Assembly (NCBI GenBank): GCA_963704655.1
Contig: OY969927.1
Location: forward strand, 480,001 to 544,000
Source of the DNA: an uncultured Candidatus Babeliaceae bacterium
GTDB taxonomy: Bacteria > Babelota > Babeliae > Babelales > Babelaceae
Direction of reading: 5' to 3'
Length of the DNA: 64,000 nucleotides
Numbering within the stretch: the first letter of the stretch is position 1; the number at the start of each line of letters is the position of its first letter. The position numbers and the translations under genes are program-made. Below the pieces are notes generated by a model that saw nothing but the letters and a program-made list of their open reading frames with translations, ran no database searches and was not told the origin of the DNA. Positions 28,449-38,953 of this stretch are shown one piece after another.

Positions 28449-28516
28449 AACAACACCTGCTCCGAGTAAAATTTCAGGAACATACTAGCATAAAGCGCAT
28501 TAACTTTCCAGGAAGG

Positions 28517-29371
28517 CTATACCTCATCTGCAGCAAGCTGCTCAAACTCTTTTACTTGAGCCTCAATTAATCTTTTAGGTAACCAATCTCTAAAGAGTGA
28601 GCATTTTTTTCTTCGAAGCTTGTTATGAAGAACTTGCAAATCATGCAATGGCATGTGTTTGACAGCCCATTCAAGCGCATCATCATTACGCTTGCTTTCT
28701 CTGCTGAGATAAAATGATTCTCCATCACTTTCATAAATACCATAAACTACTGAAATTACAGCCAGATTCATTAACGTTAAGCCTATAGTGCCCTGAATGA
28801 AACTTGACGAGCATTCGTCATTTATAGCCTCGCAATCGTAAATGATTAAATCAGTAAGTGCAGAAACAGTCAAGCACGCGCCTGAAATAAGTGGTATCAG
28901 ACAAGCGTAACTTAACATGTCTTTTTCACGAGCAGTATAGGGCCTTGGCCTTTTTACCCAATATGCAAATGGTGCATCTTTTTCGTGAGCATAGCCAAAT
29001 GCTTTATAGAGCTCAAATTTATTCTCGGCATTGATGCCGTGTGTATCTACCGATTTATTGAATAGTGGAGGAATTTTTAATGAATGCTCGCTCAAATCAA
29101 CCTGCGGCTTTGTGATAGTATCATCAAATATTATGCGATACCCATTACTCTCATTAAGATCTTGCCGAATTATCGCATTCAGATTGCTCCAATTTTGCGA
29201 TGCGTTATACAAAGATTCGGATGGTTGACCATAAGAACGCTGAATAGTGCCTTGGCGTAATAAAGCGCGTCGTTCAGAAGCAACATTATCCATACGCTGA
29301 TCAATACCATGAATTGCATAAAATGACACAAAACTTAACATGCTCACTATAAAAATCTGTTTATTCATCAT
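28517..29371 (-). CDS. Secreted/membrane hypothetical protein
   Basis: MMNKQIF start; P.VDL, KAFG and P.F..WV..PR motifs shared with 26879..27649. Confidence 0.72.
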   Translation of the reverse strand: MMNKQIFIVSMLSFVSFYAIHGIDQRMDNVASERRALLRQGTIQRSYGQPSESLYNASQNWSNLNAIIRQDLNESNGYRIIFDDTITKPQVDLSEHSLKIPPLFNKSVDTHGINAENKFELYKAFGYAHEKDAPFAYWVKRPRPYTAREKDMLSYACLIPLISGACLTVSALTDLIIYDCEAINDECSSSFIQGTIGLTLMNLAVISVVYGIYESDGESFYLSRESKRNDDALEWAVKHMPLHDLQVLHNKLRRKKCSLFRDWLPKRLIEAQVKEFEQLAADEV

Positions 29372-29520
29372 CCTGAATCCCTAACTTTTCACAATAAAAA
29401 CCTGAAATAGACTAGCATAAAGCGCCATAACGATCTAGATTGAAAAAATTCTATCTTCAGGCTACTCTAAATGGTAAATAACTACTTTCAAAACTTTAGC
29501 ACTCTATAAGGACAATCGGC

Positions 29521-30240
29521 ATGTCAGGGCATTCCAAGTGGTCAACAATCAAGCATAAAAAAGCATTACTCGATGCAAAGCGTGGCAAAAAATTTACTAA
29601 ACTCATAAAAGAGATAACAGTTGCAGCTCGTTTAGGCGGCGGCGACGCAAGCGGGAACCCACGTTTACGTCTTTTGTTAGAAAAGGCAAAAGAGATCAAT
29701 ATGCCTCTTGATAACGCACAACGCGCTATCAAAAAAGGCACCGGCGAGCTTCCGGGCCAGGCATACGAAGCACAAACCTATGAAGGTTACGGCCCAGAAA
29801 ACGTCGCTATGATGATCGATGTTTTAACGGATAACAAAAATAAGGCAATTGCAGAATTGCGCCACGTCTTTTCACGCAATGGCGGCCGCATAGCAGATGC
29901 CGGTGCAGTTGGCTGGATGTTTCAACGCGTCGGTATTATATCCGGAACCGGTAAAACTACCGAAGATACACTTTTAGAAAATTTATTAGATTACGATGTT
30001 ATCGCTATTTCAGTTCAAGATGGCGACACGTTTGAAGTTATCTGTGAGCCAAAAGCACTTGAAGCTATTAAAGAGACACTTACCAAAAAACTCGGGCTAC
30101 ATGTCGAAGAGGCGGAACTTGGCTGGCATGCAGAAAATAAGACCACGTTAAACCAAGAACAGGCAGAACGTGTACTTGAGTTTCTCCAAGCAGTTGAAGA
30201 ATTAGACGATGTACAAAATGTTTACACCAATATGGAGTAA
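29521..30240 (+). CDS. yebC: YebC/PmpR family protein
   Basis: MSGHSKWSTIKHKK, YEGYGP, LDDVQNVYTN. Confidence 0.96.
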   Translation: MSGHSKWSTIKHKKALLDAKRGKKFTKLIKEITVAARLGGGDASGNPRLRLLLEKAKEINMPLDNAQRAIKKGTGELPGQAYEAQTYEGYGPENVAMMIDVLTDNKNKAIAELRHVFSRNGGRIADAGAVGWMFQRVGIISGTGKTTEDTLLENLLDYDVIAISVQDGDTFEVICEPKALEAIKETLTKKLGLHVEEAELGWHAENKTTLNQEQAERVLEFLQAVEELDDVQNVYTNME

Positions 30241-30243
30241 CTC

Positions 30244-31137
30244 ATGATAATGAGTATGACGGGGTTTGGGACCTCAACACTTTCGATTCCCGTTAAAGAC
30301 AATGTTTTGTATATGACATTGAGCCTTAAGACGCTTAACTCACGCTTTTTTGAAAGCACCTGTAAATTACCGTATGCATTAACTGAACTTGAAACAACGG
30401 TGCTGAAAGTCTTTAAAGCAAAACTTTTTCGTGGCACACTCTATTTTTCTGTGCATGTACATAACCCTTCGATACTTAAAGGTGGCGTTACCCCATCGCT
30501 AAATATGATCAAGCAGTACCTTACCGCTATCGAAACTATCAAAAAAGATACGCATATTGAAGGGACCATCTCACTACATGATTTAATCACCCTGCCAAAT
30601 ATCTTTGAAATTCCCGAAGAGATGCTCCCAAAAGATTCTATCGAATTACTTTTGCAAGAAGTAGATAAACTTATAGAACTTGTTATTGCTTCACGCCAAC
30701 AAGAGGGTCAGTCATTGCGTATCGACCTCGAACAGCGCGTACGTATCATGAGTGAATTGATAGCGCAGATTGAGCCACGTGCACAGCAGGTATTGTTTGA
30801 AAAGAAACAGACTATATCAACCGCGCTTGCAGCATTACCCTATCAAGAAGCAAGTGAAAATAAGGAGCAACACCTTTTAATGCTCTATGGTCAACTTGAT
30901 AAAATCGATATCCACGAAGAGATATTCAGATTTAAAACACACTTGGCTCACTTTGATAAAGTGCTTCATAATGCTGACCAAGAAAAGGGCAAAAAACTTG
31001 ATTTTATTTTGCAAGAGATGTTTCGTGAAATTAATACCATGAACGCCAAATGCAGTGATTCACAGATTAGCGAATATGCAATATCGCTTAAAGTTGAACT
31101 TGAAAAAGCCCGCGAACAAGTACAGAACATAGTTTAA
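30244..31137 (+). CDS. yicC: YicC/YloC family endoribonuclease
   Basis: SMTGFG, GKKLDFILQEMFREINT, EKAREQVQNI. Confidence 0.93.
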   Translation: MIMSMTGFGTSTLSIPVKDNVLYMTLSLKTLNSRFFESTCKLPYALTELETTVLKVFKAKLFRGTLYFSVHVHNPSILKGGVTPSLNMIKQYLTAIETIKKDTHIEGTISLHDLITLPNIFEIPEEMLPKDSIELLLQEVDKLIELVIASRQQEGQSLRIDLEQRVRIMSELIAQIEPRAQQVLFEKKQTISTALAALPYQEASENKEQHLLMLYGQLDKIDIHEEIFRFKTHLAHFDKVLHNADQEKGKKLDFILQEMFREINTMNAKCSDSQISEYAISLKVELEKAREQVQNIV

Positions 31138-31150
31138 GAAGTTTTGGGTC

Positions 31151-31178
31151 GTGTCACCCTGAACTAGATTCGGGGTCC
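31151..31178 (+). repeat. Single TGTCA-tagged REP-like hairpin
   Basis: gtgtcaccctgaactagattcggggtcc. Confidence 0.75.
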
Positions 31179-31212
31179 ATCTACTAAAATTTATCCTAAA
31201 GGGAATAACAAC

Positions 31213-31785
31213 ATGAATTATTTTAAAAAAATCTTTTTTCTCACCACCGCTTTTATTGCCGTTAATACTCAGGCAGAAACAAATCAATCAGAGAAGCCTA
31301 AGATTCAAAAAAAAGTTGATATACCAAAAATTATCGAAACAATTAAAGCTATACCTGAAGACAGAAGATACGAAGCTGAAAAGGCACTTTTGAATTTTTT
31401 AGATGATGGCATTCGCGTTGAAAGAAGGTATTACGGCAATTCTCTAAGAATAAGAATTTGTAATTATGGGCCCTTGGCGGAAAATTGCGATGCTGTACCT
31501 GAAGATTTAATGCGCCATGTGCTTGACAACATAGAACGCAATGATGGGCACGGCGTTGTTCAAGAGCTATACTTTAATTATACTCAAAAACCCAAAGACA
31601 GAGTTGATCGTGCTTTGGAAATTCTAGAGAAAAATAAAAATGTTGATTGCTCATCATGCAAACTTTTTAAAAATTTTCTTGAACATCAAAAAGCGCTTAT
31701 AGAACAACGAGATAAAGAAAAAACAATTGTAGAGTCTATACAAATATCCCAAAAGAGAGAAGAACTTAAAGAACTTTTAAAGTAA
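31213..31785 (+). CDS. Secreted hypothetical protein
   Basis: Signal peptide, 190 aa. Confidence 0.7.
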   Translation: MNYFKKIFFLTTAFIAVNTQAETNQSEKPKIQKKVDIPKIIETIKAIPEDRRYEAEKALLNFLDDGIRVERRYYGNSLRIRICNYGPLAENCDAVPEDLMRHVLDNIERNDGHGVVQELYFNYTQKPKDRVDRALEILEKNKNVDCSSCKLFKNFLEHQKALIEQRDKEKTIVESIQISQKREELKELLK

Positions 31786-31804
31786 TTTTTCTCACAAATT
31801 ATCT

Positions 31805-31839
31805 AAAAAAAAGGCACCGTAAATTGCGGTGCCTTTTTT
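31805..31839. terminator. Bidirectional terminator
   Basis: aaaaggcaccg/cggtgcctttt. Confidence 0.8.
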
Positions 31840-31856
31840 ATTAAAAATTAACAAAG

Positions 31857-32684
31857 TTATTTTTCTGTTCTCACATGATTATAAATCATATTAAAGCCGA
31901 TAAAGTGCAGTAACTGCGAATAAGCAAGTGCACATACCGACAATAGGCTGGCAGCATATAATGAACCAAAATAAAATTCTAATCCATAGGCAAGGCCATA
32001 GAGTGTCACTACAACAGCGGTACTCAGCAAGCTAAACTTGATGAGAGTAAAAATACTTCTTTTTAAATATGCCCATGAAATTTGAAAAACAGAAACAAAA
32101 GAATAATTTTTATCGTATAATAATTGCCAAAAATAGACGCAACGAATTGCTATAACAATATAAACAAGTCCAGGAATAGGCAAAGTCACAAAAAGGACAA
32201 TACTCACGATTCCTAAAGCGCCCGGATTTAAAGCCCATAATGCAATTAATGCCCCTATAATTTCATAGCTTTCTGAAAGAATAAGCAATAATAATGCCCA
32301 TGGCGCTTTTATTAACGCATAAAATGCTTGAATAGATTCACTCATAAGAGATGATCTTTTATTTTGCAATAAACTCTGAATAAAAAAAACAGCTCCCAAT
32401 ACCAAGAACGCAACTAAAAAAGTTAAAATTATTGCGCCATAAAAGGTACTTGGATTTTTTAAATAATTCGTAAGACTATCAGAAATAATCATCTGCCAAA
32501 GTCCTTGTGAACTGTATTTAGTGGCAAAATCTGAAACTTTTGATTCAACCCCATGCTGCAAAAGATTCTTGAGAATATAAGAAATAAATCCAGAAATTGT
32601 CATTAAAAATAAATAGTACAGCACAAAAATAGGATGCTGGATAATAAAACTATTAGCAGACTTAAATAGTTTAAAAGTATTCAT
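31857..32684 (-). CDS. Multi-pass membrane hypothetical protein
   Basis: Paralog of 32775..33605 (APWA, QLLYD, SW.Y.K, IGFNMIY.HVR.EK). Confidence 0.75.
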   Translation of the reverse strand: MNTFKLFKSANSFIIQHPIFVLYYLFLMTISGFISYILKNLLQHGVESKVSDFATKYSSQGLWQMIISDSLTNYLKNPSTFYGAIILTFLVAFLVLGAVFFIQSLLQNKRSSLMSESIQAFYALIKAPWALLLLILSESYEIIGALIALWALNPGALGIVSIVLFVTLPIPGLVYIVIAIRCVYFWQLLYDKNYSFVSVFQISWAYLKRSIFTLIKFSLLSTAVVVTLYGLAYGLEFYFGSLYAASLLSVCALAYSQLLHFIGFNMIYNHVRTEK

Positions 32685-32774
32685 AAAACTCCAAGATAAT
32701 TAAATTATATATTATTTAATTAATAAAGGGCACCATAAATTATGCTGCCCTTTATTGTTGAAAATTTAATAATT

Positions 32775-33605
32775 TTATTTTTCTGCTCTTACGTGATAAT
32801 AAATCATGTTAAAACCAATAATGCCGATGAATATGATGTATGTTCTTACTAAGAATTGAATAATCATAACAAGTGGTGAATCGACTAACGCAAATCCCAA
32901 AAGTATAAAGAAAAAACTTAAAAGTGCTGCTAATGCCCCAACTATAAGAAAGAATTTCAATAGTGAGAGCCAGCTGTTTTTAAAATACTCCCATGAAGTA
33001 TGTATGACAGACGCAAAAGAATGGTAATTATCATACAAAAGCTGTTGATAATAAATTAATGCAATACCAACAAACATAAATGTAACCATTATCGCAAAAA
33101 ATATCGCATAGCTCAATACCGTGGCGGGTGAGCCAATACTTTGAACAGGCATGAGATATTGAATAATCGACATATACATGGCAAGCGCAAGAATATACAC
33201 CATTGCCCATGGCGCACGAAGTAATGCATGCAAACTATGTGCTGTTTCATGAACTAATGACGTGTCACGCTTGTGAATAAGTGCCTGTGCTATGAATGTT
33301 ACGCCAACAAGCAGAAATAACACCAGACATGTGAGCGCAAAAAGAAGATAAGCGCTATACGGTTGTTGCAAGGTAAGTATAAAACTTTCTGGTAACAGGG
33401 ATTTCCAAAAAGGCGACATAACAATAGGTGAACCTTCAGATTGAATAATATCTTGGAATCTTTGATCCATACTAATGATTCGTGCAACCTGAACTAATTC
33501 AGACACCGTCATCAAGAAAAAGTAATATAGCGTAAATGACATATGTTGCGGTATAAAACGAACCGCTTGGAAAAAAATTTCACGTGCTTTTACATGAATC
33601 TGCAT
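32775..33605 (-). CDS. Multi-pass membrane hypothetical protein
   Basis: Paralog of 31857..32684; followed by a related terminator at 32722-32756. Confidence 0.75.
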   Translation of the reverse strand: MQIHVKAREIFFQAVRFIPQHMSFTLYYFFLMTVSELVQVARIISMDQRFQDIIQSEGSPIVMSPFWKSLLPESFILTLQQPYSAYLLFALTCLVLFLLVGVTFIAQALIHKRDTSLVHETAHSLHALLRAPWAMVYILALAMYMSIIQYLMPVQSIGSPATVLSYAIFFAIMVTFMFVGIALIYYQQLLYDNYHSFASVIHTSWEYFKNSWLSLLKFFLIVGALAALLSFFFILLGFALVDSPLVMIIQFLVRTYIIFIGIIGFNMIYYHVRAEK

Positions 33606-33798
33606 AAGGGCTCCTATAAGTAGAAAAACATAACTCTCAAAACTAGGTACAGTTTACCTCATAATAGATCAAAAAAATAATTTTTATCTAGAGAAAAAAA
33701 TTTAATTAATATTTTTTTTTATGGCCGATCATTCACTTACACAATAAGGTTATAGTACACTGGCAACAAAGATATCAGTTAAAAAAAAATAAAAGCGT

Positions 33799-34443
33799 AT
33801 GAAAAAAATTTTTACTGCCTCTCTTATTATAGCATGTGCATTAGAACAACCGTTTAAACGACTTTATGCGCTTGAAAAAATGCAAGCGGTCCTGAAAACG
33901 GAAAAATGCATTATTTTGTTGCCTGAAGACTACGATAAAATTCCGCCTCTAGACTACACCAAGCAAGAAATCGATGACATTCTTAATAGTCGTTTTAATG
34001 ATGTGCAATTCATAGTTAAAGAAGAAAATGTTCTCTTCTGGAAAATTGCTATGAAATTCAAGCTCCTTGAAGCAGTGCAAGAAAGAAGTATTACCCCTTT
34101 TCTGCTGGGAATAATTAATGCCGAAAACGAGGTTACAAAAATTACCATTTCTGAATATTTTTCTAAATTAACGCTAGCACAAAGACAAACCGAAAAAAAA
34201 CGCTTGGCTGAGCTCATTGTGGCTAATGGTATGCAGATTGAATATATCATGCTCAATATCTTTCAAGAATATCCAGACTATTTCTACGATAAAAACGACT
34301 TTGATGGTTCCAGCCCATTGCAAAATAGGCCTAAGCACATCCGGCAGATGGACACCTTTGATTATACCGACCGGATCTTAAAGCTCGTTGCGCAACAAAA
34401 AAAAATCACACGTATCATTATGCAACAATTAGGTACCTTATAA
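33799..34443 (+). CDS. Hypothetical protein, probable signal peptide
   Basis: MKKIFTASLIIAC, 214 aa. Confidence 0.65.
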   Translation: MKKIFTASLIIACALEQPFKRLYALEKMQAVLKTEKCIILLPEDYDKIPPLDYTKQEIDDILNSRFNDVQFIVKEENVLFWKIAMKFKLLEAVQERSITPFLLGIINAENEVTKITISEYFSKLTLAQRQTEKKRLAELIVANGMQIEYIMLNIFQEYPDYFYDKNDFDGSSPLQNRPKHIRQMDTFDYTDRILKLVAQQKKITRIIMQQLGTL

Positions 34444-34560
34444 ATTTTTTCTATTCCGGTCACCCACACTAAAACTCAGCTTTTTAGCGCACTTTTCAAT
34501 TTAACAGCCTGTGCTAAACTTAATAAATACAAAACTTAACACATAACCCATTTTCACCGT

Positions 34561-36327
34561 ATGTCTGATAAACATTTTACTCACCTGCATTTACATACCG
34601 ATTATTCGCTGCTAGACGGCGCAATCACCGTGGACAAGCTCGTTGATTTTGGTAAACAGAACAACTTTAAGGCCCTTGCCATGAGCGACCACGGGAATAT
34701 TTTTGGTGGCGTAAAATTTTTTCAAGCGGCAAAAAAGGCTGGAATCAAGCCAGTTTTGGGGATGGAGGCCTACTTTACCCAAGATATCAAAATTAAAAAA
34801 GCCGATGATAAATATTATCATCTTATCCTATTAGTAGAAAATGATATCGGATACAAGAATCTCTGCCGCCTAATTCACCTTTCGTATACTGAAGGTTTTT
34901 ATTTTAAACCACGTATCGATTATGCAGCACTTGCACTTTATAGTGAGGGGCTCACGGTAACTACCGCCTGTCTTGGTGGCCATATTCCGTCACTATTAAT
35001 GGAAAACAATCCCCAAATGGTTGATGAGCGCGTCGACTGGTTTTTAAAAACATTCGGCCCCGAACGTTTTTATCTTGAAGTACAGCCAGATGACCAACCG
35101 GAACAACGCATATTAAATGAAAAACTTTTTGATCTCAGCAAGCGCAAAGGCGTACAGCTGGTTGCAGCAGGCGATTGCCATTATACAACTGCAGAGGATC
35201 GTTATGCCCATGAGATTATGCTTGCTATCCAAACGCATAATAAAATAACCGACCCGGGCCGCTTTACCTTTGGCGACTGCCGCGTGCATATGCGCACACA
35301 AGCAGAGATGCTTGAACTTTTTAAAGGTCATGAAGAGGCCGTCTGGAACTCAGGAAAAATAGCTGACCGCTGTAATTTTAGTTACCAAACCGGCAAACTC
35401 TTTTTTCCACAATTTGAAGTTCCGCAGGGTATTAGCCATGAAGAATATTTTGCCCAACTATGCAGAAAAGGGCTTTCTGATTTACACGCAAGCCAGCGCT
35501 ACCCAGCAGAGCAGCAAGAACAGTACCAAGCACGTTTAGAGCTTGAAATTGCGCTTATTACAAAAATGGGTTTTGTTGGCTACTTTTTAGTCGTGGGTGA
35601 TTTTATCCAGTGGGCACGTGCACATAATATCCCCGTTGGCCCCGGCCGTGGATCCGCTGCAGGGTCACTTGTTGCATGGGCATTACAAATTACAGATATT
35701 GACCCGATACGCTATAACTTACTTTTTGAGCGCTTTTTAAACCCAGAACGGGTATCGATGCCCGATATTGATATCGATTTTTGCATCGAAGGACGCGAGC
35801 GCGTTATCGAATACGTACGCACAAAATATGGCCATGATAAAGTATGCCAGATTATAACCTTTGGTACCATGATTGCAAAGGGCGTCATAAAAGATGTTGC
35901 GCGTGCATTAGGCTTTCCTTTTGAAGATTCAAATGCATTAACCGATCTTATTCCAGATCAATTAAAAATCACACTCACCCAAGCATGTGAGATGGAACCA
36001 AAATTACAAGAACTTCGAGACTCTAACCCACGCATTGCCGAACTTTTTGATATCGCATTACGCCTTGAAGGGCTTACGCGCCATGCATCAAAACATGCTG
36101 CCGGTATTGTAATTTCACCAGAACCTATTAAAGAAGTATTACCTGTTTATATTCCACCAAAAACGACTGATCTGGTTACGCAATATGCCATGACCGAGCT
36201 GGAAACACTTGGTTTTTTAAAGATGGACTTTTTGGGGCTGAAAAACTTAACACTTATTCAACGGACACTTGAGCTGATTGAAAAAAATCATGGCATTAAA
36301 CTAGATATTCACCATGTTACCCCTTGA
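34561..36327 (+). CDS. dnaE: DNA polymerase III alpha subunit, N-terminal part (PHP + palm)
   Basis: HLHLHTDYSLLDG, GPGRGSAAGS, SMPDIDIDF, KMDFLGL; ends at a frameshift. Confidence 0.93.
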   Translation: MSDKHFTHLHLHTDYSLLDGAITVDKLVDFGKQNNFKALAMSDHGNIFGGVKFFQAAKKAGIKPVLGMEAYFTQDIKIKKADDKYYHLILLVENDIGYKNLCRLIHLSYTEGFYFKPRIDYAALALYSEGLTVTTACLGGHIPSLLMENNPQMVDERVDWFLKTFGPERFYLEVQPDDQPEQRILNEKLFDLSKRKGVQLVAAGDCHYTTAEDRYAHEIMLAIQTHNKITDPGRFTFGDCRVHMRTQAEMLELFKGHEEAVWNSGKIADRCNFSYQTGKLFFPQFEVPQGISHEEYFAQLCRKGLSDLHASQRYPAEQQEQYQARLELEIALITKMGFVGYFLVVGDFIQWARAHNIPVGPGRGSAAGSLVAWALQITDIDPIRYNLLFERFLNPERVSMPDIDIDFCIEGRERVIEYVRTKYGHDKVCQIITFGTMIAKGVIKDVARALGFPFEDSNALTDLIPDQLKITLTQACEMEPKLQELRDSNPRIAELFDIALRLEGLTRHASKHAAGIVISPEPIKEVLPVYIPPKTTDLVTQYAMTELETLGFLKMDFLGLKNLTLIQRTLELIEKNHGIKLDIHHVTP

Positions 36328-37984
36328 TGACGAAAAAGCATTTCAATTACTGTGTGCCGGCAAAACATCGGGCGTGTTCCAATTAGAATCTGACGGGTTA
36401 AAAGACACATTACGCAGATTACAGCCAACTAAATTTGAAGATATTATCGCCGTTAACGCGCTTTATCGCCCGGGCCCACTTGGTTCGGGAATGGTTGATG
36501 ATTTTATTGAACGAAGACATGGCAGACAAAAGATTCCGTATGTATTCCCTGAGCTTAAAGAAATTCTAGAAGAAACCTATGGCGTTATTGTCTATCAAGA
36601 GCAGGTGATGAAAATCGCCTCTGCAATTGGCGGGTTCACCTTAGGTGAATCTGATATTTTGCGCCGCGCGATGGGTAAGAAAAAAGCCGATGTCATGGCC
36701 GAACAAAAGGATATTTTTGTTAACCGCGCAACAGAGCGTGGCTTTAACGCAAAAAAAGCTGGCGAACTTTTTGACTTGATGGCCTACTTTGCTGGTTACG
36801 GATTTAACAAATCTCACTCGGCAGCATATGCTCTTATTGCGTATCAAACGGCGTACCTTAAAGCGCAATACCCTGCTGAATTTATGGCATGCTTAATATC
36901 TCTTGAATCGAGCGATGCAGAAAAGATGGCATTTTATATCGCAGAAGCACGGGATATGGGTATTACGATTTTACCGCCCGATATTAACGCATCAGAAAAT
37001 ATGTTCACGGCACGTGAAATGTCTATACGTTTTGGGCTGCAGGGCATTAAAAATGTCGGCCATGCCGCACTTGAAAGTATTATTCGTCACCGAACAGAAA
37101 AGCCTTATAAGGATCTGTATGATTTCTGTTTACGTGTCGATTTACGCACGGTAAATAAACGTGTTATTGAAAGTCTTATTTACGCAGGCGCCTATGACAT
37201 GCTGCCGGGAAACCGCGCACAAAAGCTTGCCGAACTATCGCATATTATGGACCAAGCAGCTGAAGCAAAAGAAGCGCTTATTACCGGGCAGATGGGCTTA
37301 TTTGGTTCACCAACAGAACAGTTTGCTCATAATGACAACTTTTATGCATTTGCAGCACGTGAAGAACTTTCTGATAAAGAAAAATTAGAAAAAGAAAAAG
37401 AGGTTGTTGGGTTATATATCAGCGCCCAACCACTTGATCGCTATAAAAAACAGACGACATGGTTACAGGCAATTCCCTTTACTCAGGCTGCGCAAACACA
37501 AGGGTTGGTTACCTGTTGTGGAACATTCAAGTCGCATAAAGTTATCACCACCAAAAAAGGTGATAAGATGGCGTTTTTATTTCTTGAAGATTCAACAACT
37601 ACGGCTGAAATTATCTTATTTCCAAAAGTATACACCCGTGTTGCATCACTTTTAGAAGATAACGCAGTTTTTGCCGTTAAAGGTTTTGTTGATGAAACAG
37701 GCACTGGAACGTGCAAAATTAAAGCACAAGAACTTATAGTATTAGATAAGCTCTTTGACGACCATGCAATTATCACCGTTACCATCACATTGCCAGAAAC
37801 GAATCAACTAATATTACTCGAATCTATTAAAGCTCTTATGCAACCAGGCAAAATTGCACTCAACTTTGTCTTAACGGATAATAGCAAAAAGATTAAGCTT
37901 GCCACGCGCCAAAAGATTACTATTACACCACAGATTTTACAGCTGGTTGAAGATCACCAACTGGTAATGCAGCTTGAGATATAG
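36314..37984 (+). CDS. dnaE: DNA polymerase III alpha subunit, C-terminal part (fingers, HhH, OB)
   Basis: LPLDD, GVFQLES, ALYRPGP, YQEQVM, YGFNKSH. Confidence 0.93.
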   Translation: MLPLDDEKAFQLLCAGKTSGVFQLESDGLKDTLRRLQPTKFEDIIAVNALYRPGPLGSGMVDDFIERRHGRQKIPYVFPELKEILEETYGVIVYQEQVMKIASAIGGFTLGESDILRRAMGKKKADVMAEQKDIFVNRATERGFNAKKAGELFDLMAYFAGYGFNKSHSAAYALIAYQTAYLKAQYPAEFMACLISLESSDAEKMAFYIAEARDMGITILPPDINASENMFTAREMSIRFGLQGIKNVGHAALESIIRHRTEKPYKDLYDFCLRVDLRTVNKRVIESLIYAGAYDMLPGNRAQKLAELSHIMDQAAEAKEALITGQMGLFGSPTEQFAHNDNFYAFAAREELSDKEKLEKEKEVVGLYISAQPLDRYKKQTTWLQAIPFTQAAQTQGLVTCCGTFKSHKVITTKKGDKMAFLFLEDSTTTAEIILFPKVYTRVASLLEDNAVFAVKGFVDETGTGTCKIKAQELIVLDKLFDDHAIITVTITLPETNQLILLESIKALMQPGKIALNFVLTDNSKKIKLATRQKITITPQILQLVEDHQLVMQLEI

Positions 37985-37990
37985 CAGAAT

Positions 37991-38836
37991 TTATTTTTTA
38001 GTTTTTTCAACTACAATGTGCACAAACTCATCATCATCTTGAGCACTATTGTTTAAAGTACCCCTTGTTGGATTATCTACGGTCGTAGCAACTTGAGTAG
38101 CTGGAACAGCCTCAACAAGTGTAGGATTTTCAAGTTTAGTAACACCAACGTGAGAACTATCATCAGGTTCTTGCGCTATCATAATTGATGTTTCAGCAAC
38201 TAAATTTACATTCTCTACCATTCTTTTAAATACATCTGATTCATCAGGATCAGAATCTTCCCCTGTTATATCTTTGCGAGGTTTATCAGCCAAATACGCA
38301 TCTAGAACACTTTTTTTAACCGTAGTTCTAAAGGTAAATAAATTATCACTCGCTGCTTTTTGCACAATAAGAGTTGTATAAGGATCAATTTGAATAGCTC
38401 GCTCAGTTAACGGAATATCTGCCTGTCTACGATACGTTTTGCGTGGGGTGACACAAGAGAACAAATATCCCGTAATACGGTCACAAATCGGAATTTCTAC
38501 TTCATCTTCAGCTTGGACTTCTGGTTGAACCATATTTTGCCGAGCAACTTCTAATAAAGCTTTTTGTAAATCGCTAGAATTACCATCTAAAACATTAATT
38601 TTTAATTCTACATCACCATTATCATCAACTGGCAGATGAGAAGTAATTTTCAAACCTGGAATGGTAGGCGCACCTGAATAATAAGTAGTTTGTGGATTAT
38701 CAAGACCTTGATGGGCGATTTGATGATGGTTATATAAATGTCTTATAATTTCTTGAGTTGTAGAAGACAAATCCATATCACGATTCATGCCATGCAGTGA
38801 AACACAAAAACAAACGGACAAAAACATATATTTCAT
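37991..38836 (-). CDS. Secreted hypothetical protein
   Basis: Signal peptide, GGAG RBS. Confidence 0.7.
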   Translation of the reverse strand: MKYMFLSVCFCVSLHGMNRDMDLSSTTQEIIRHLYNHHQIAHQGLDNPQTTYYSGAPTIPGLKITSHLPVDDNGDVELKINVLDGNSSDLQKALLEVARQNMVQPEVQAEDEVEIPICDRITGYLFSCVTPRKTYRRQADIPLTERAIQIDPYTTLIVQKAASDNLFTFRTTVKKSVLDAYLADKPRKDITGEDSDPDESDVFKRMVENVNLVAETSIMIAQEPDDSSHVGVTKLENPTLVEAVPATQVATTVDNPTRGTLNNSAQDDDEFVHIVVEKTKK

Positions 38837-38903
38837 AATTATTCTCCAAGCAAAATGCCCAACAGATTAGGCTCTCACTATAGAATTAAGATAAAAAAAA
38901 AGC

Positions 38904-38934
38904 AATAACTCGCGCAGTATCTGCGCGAGTTATT
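38904..38934 (-). terminator. Terminator
   Basis: aataactcgcgcag/ctgcgcgagttatt perfect stem. Confidence 0.75.
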
Positions 38935-38953
38935 ATAAAAAGAAAGTCGAATA

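Noticed and set aside
36290-36340. Split intein in dnaE
   Set aside because: There are no intein motifs or extra sequence; the halves are collinear with a one-base offset.
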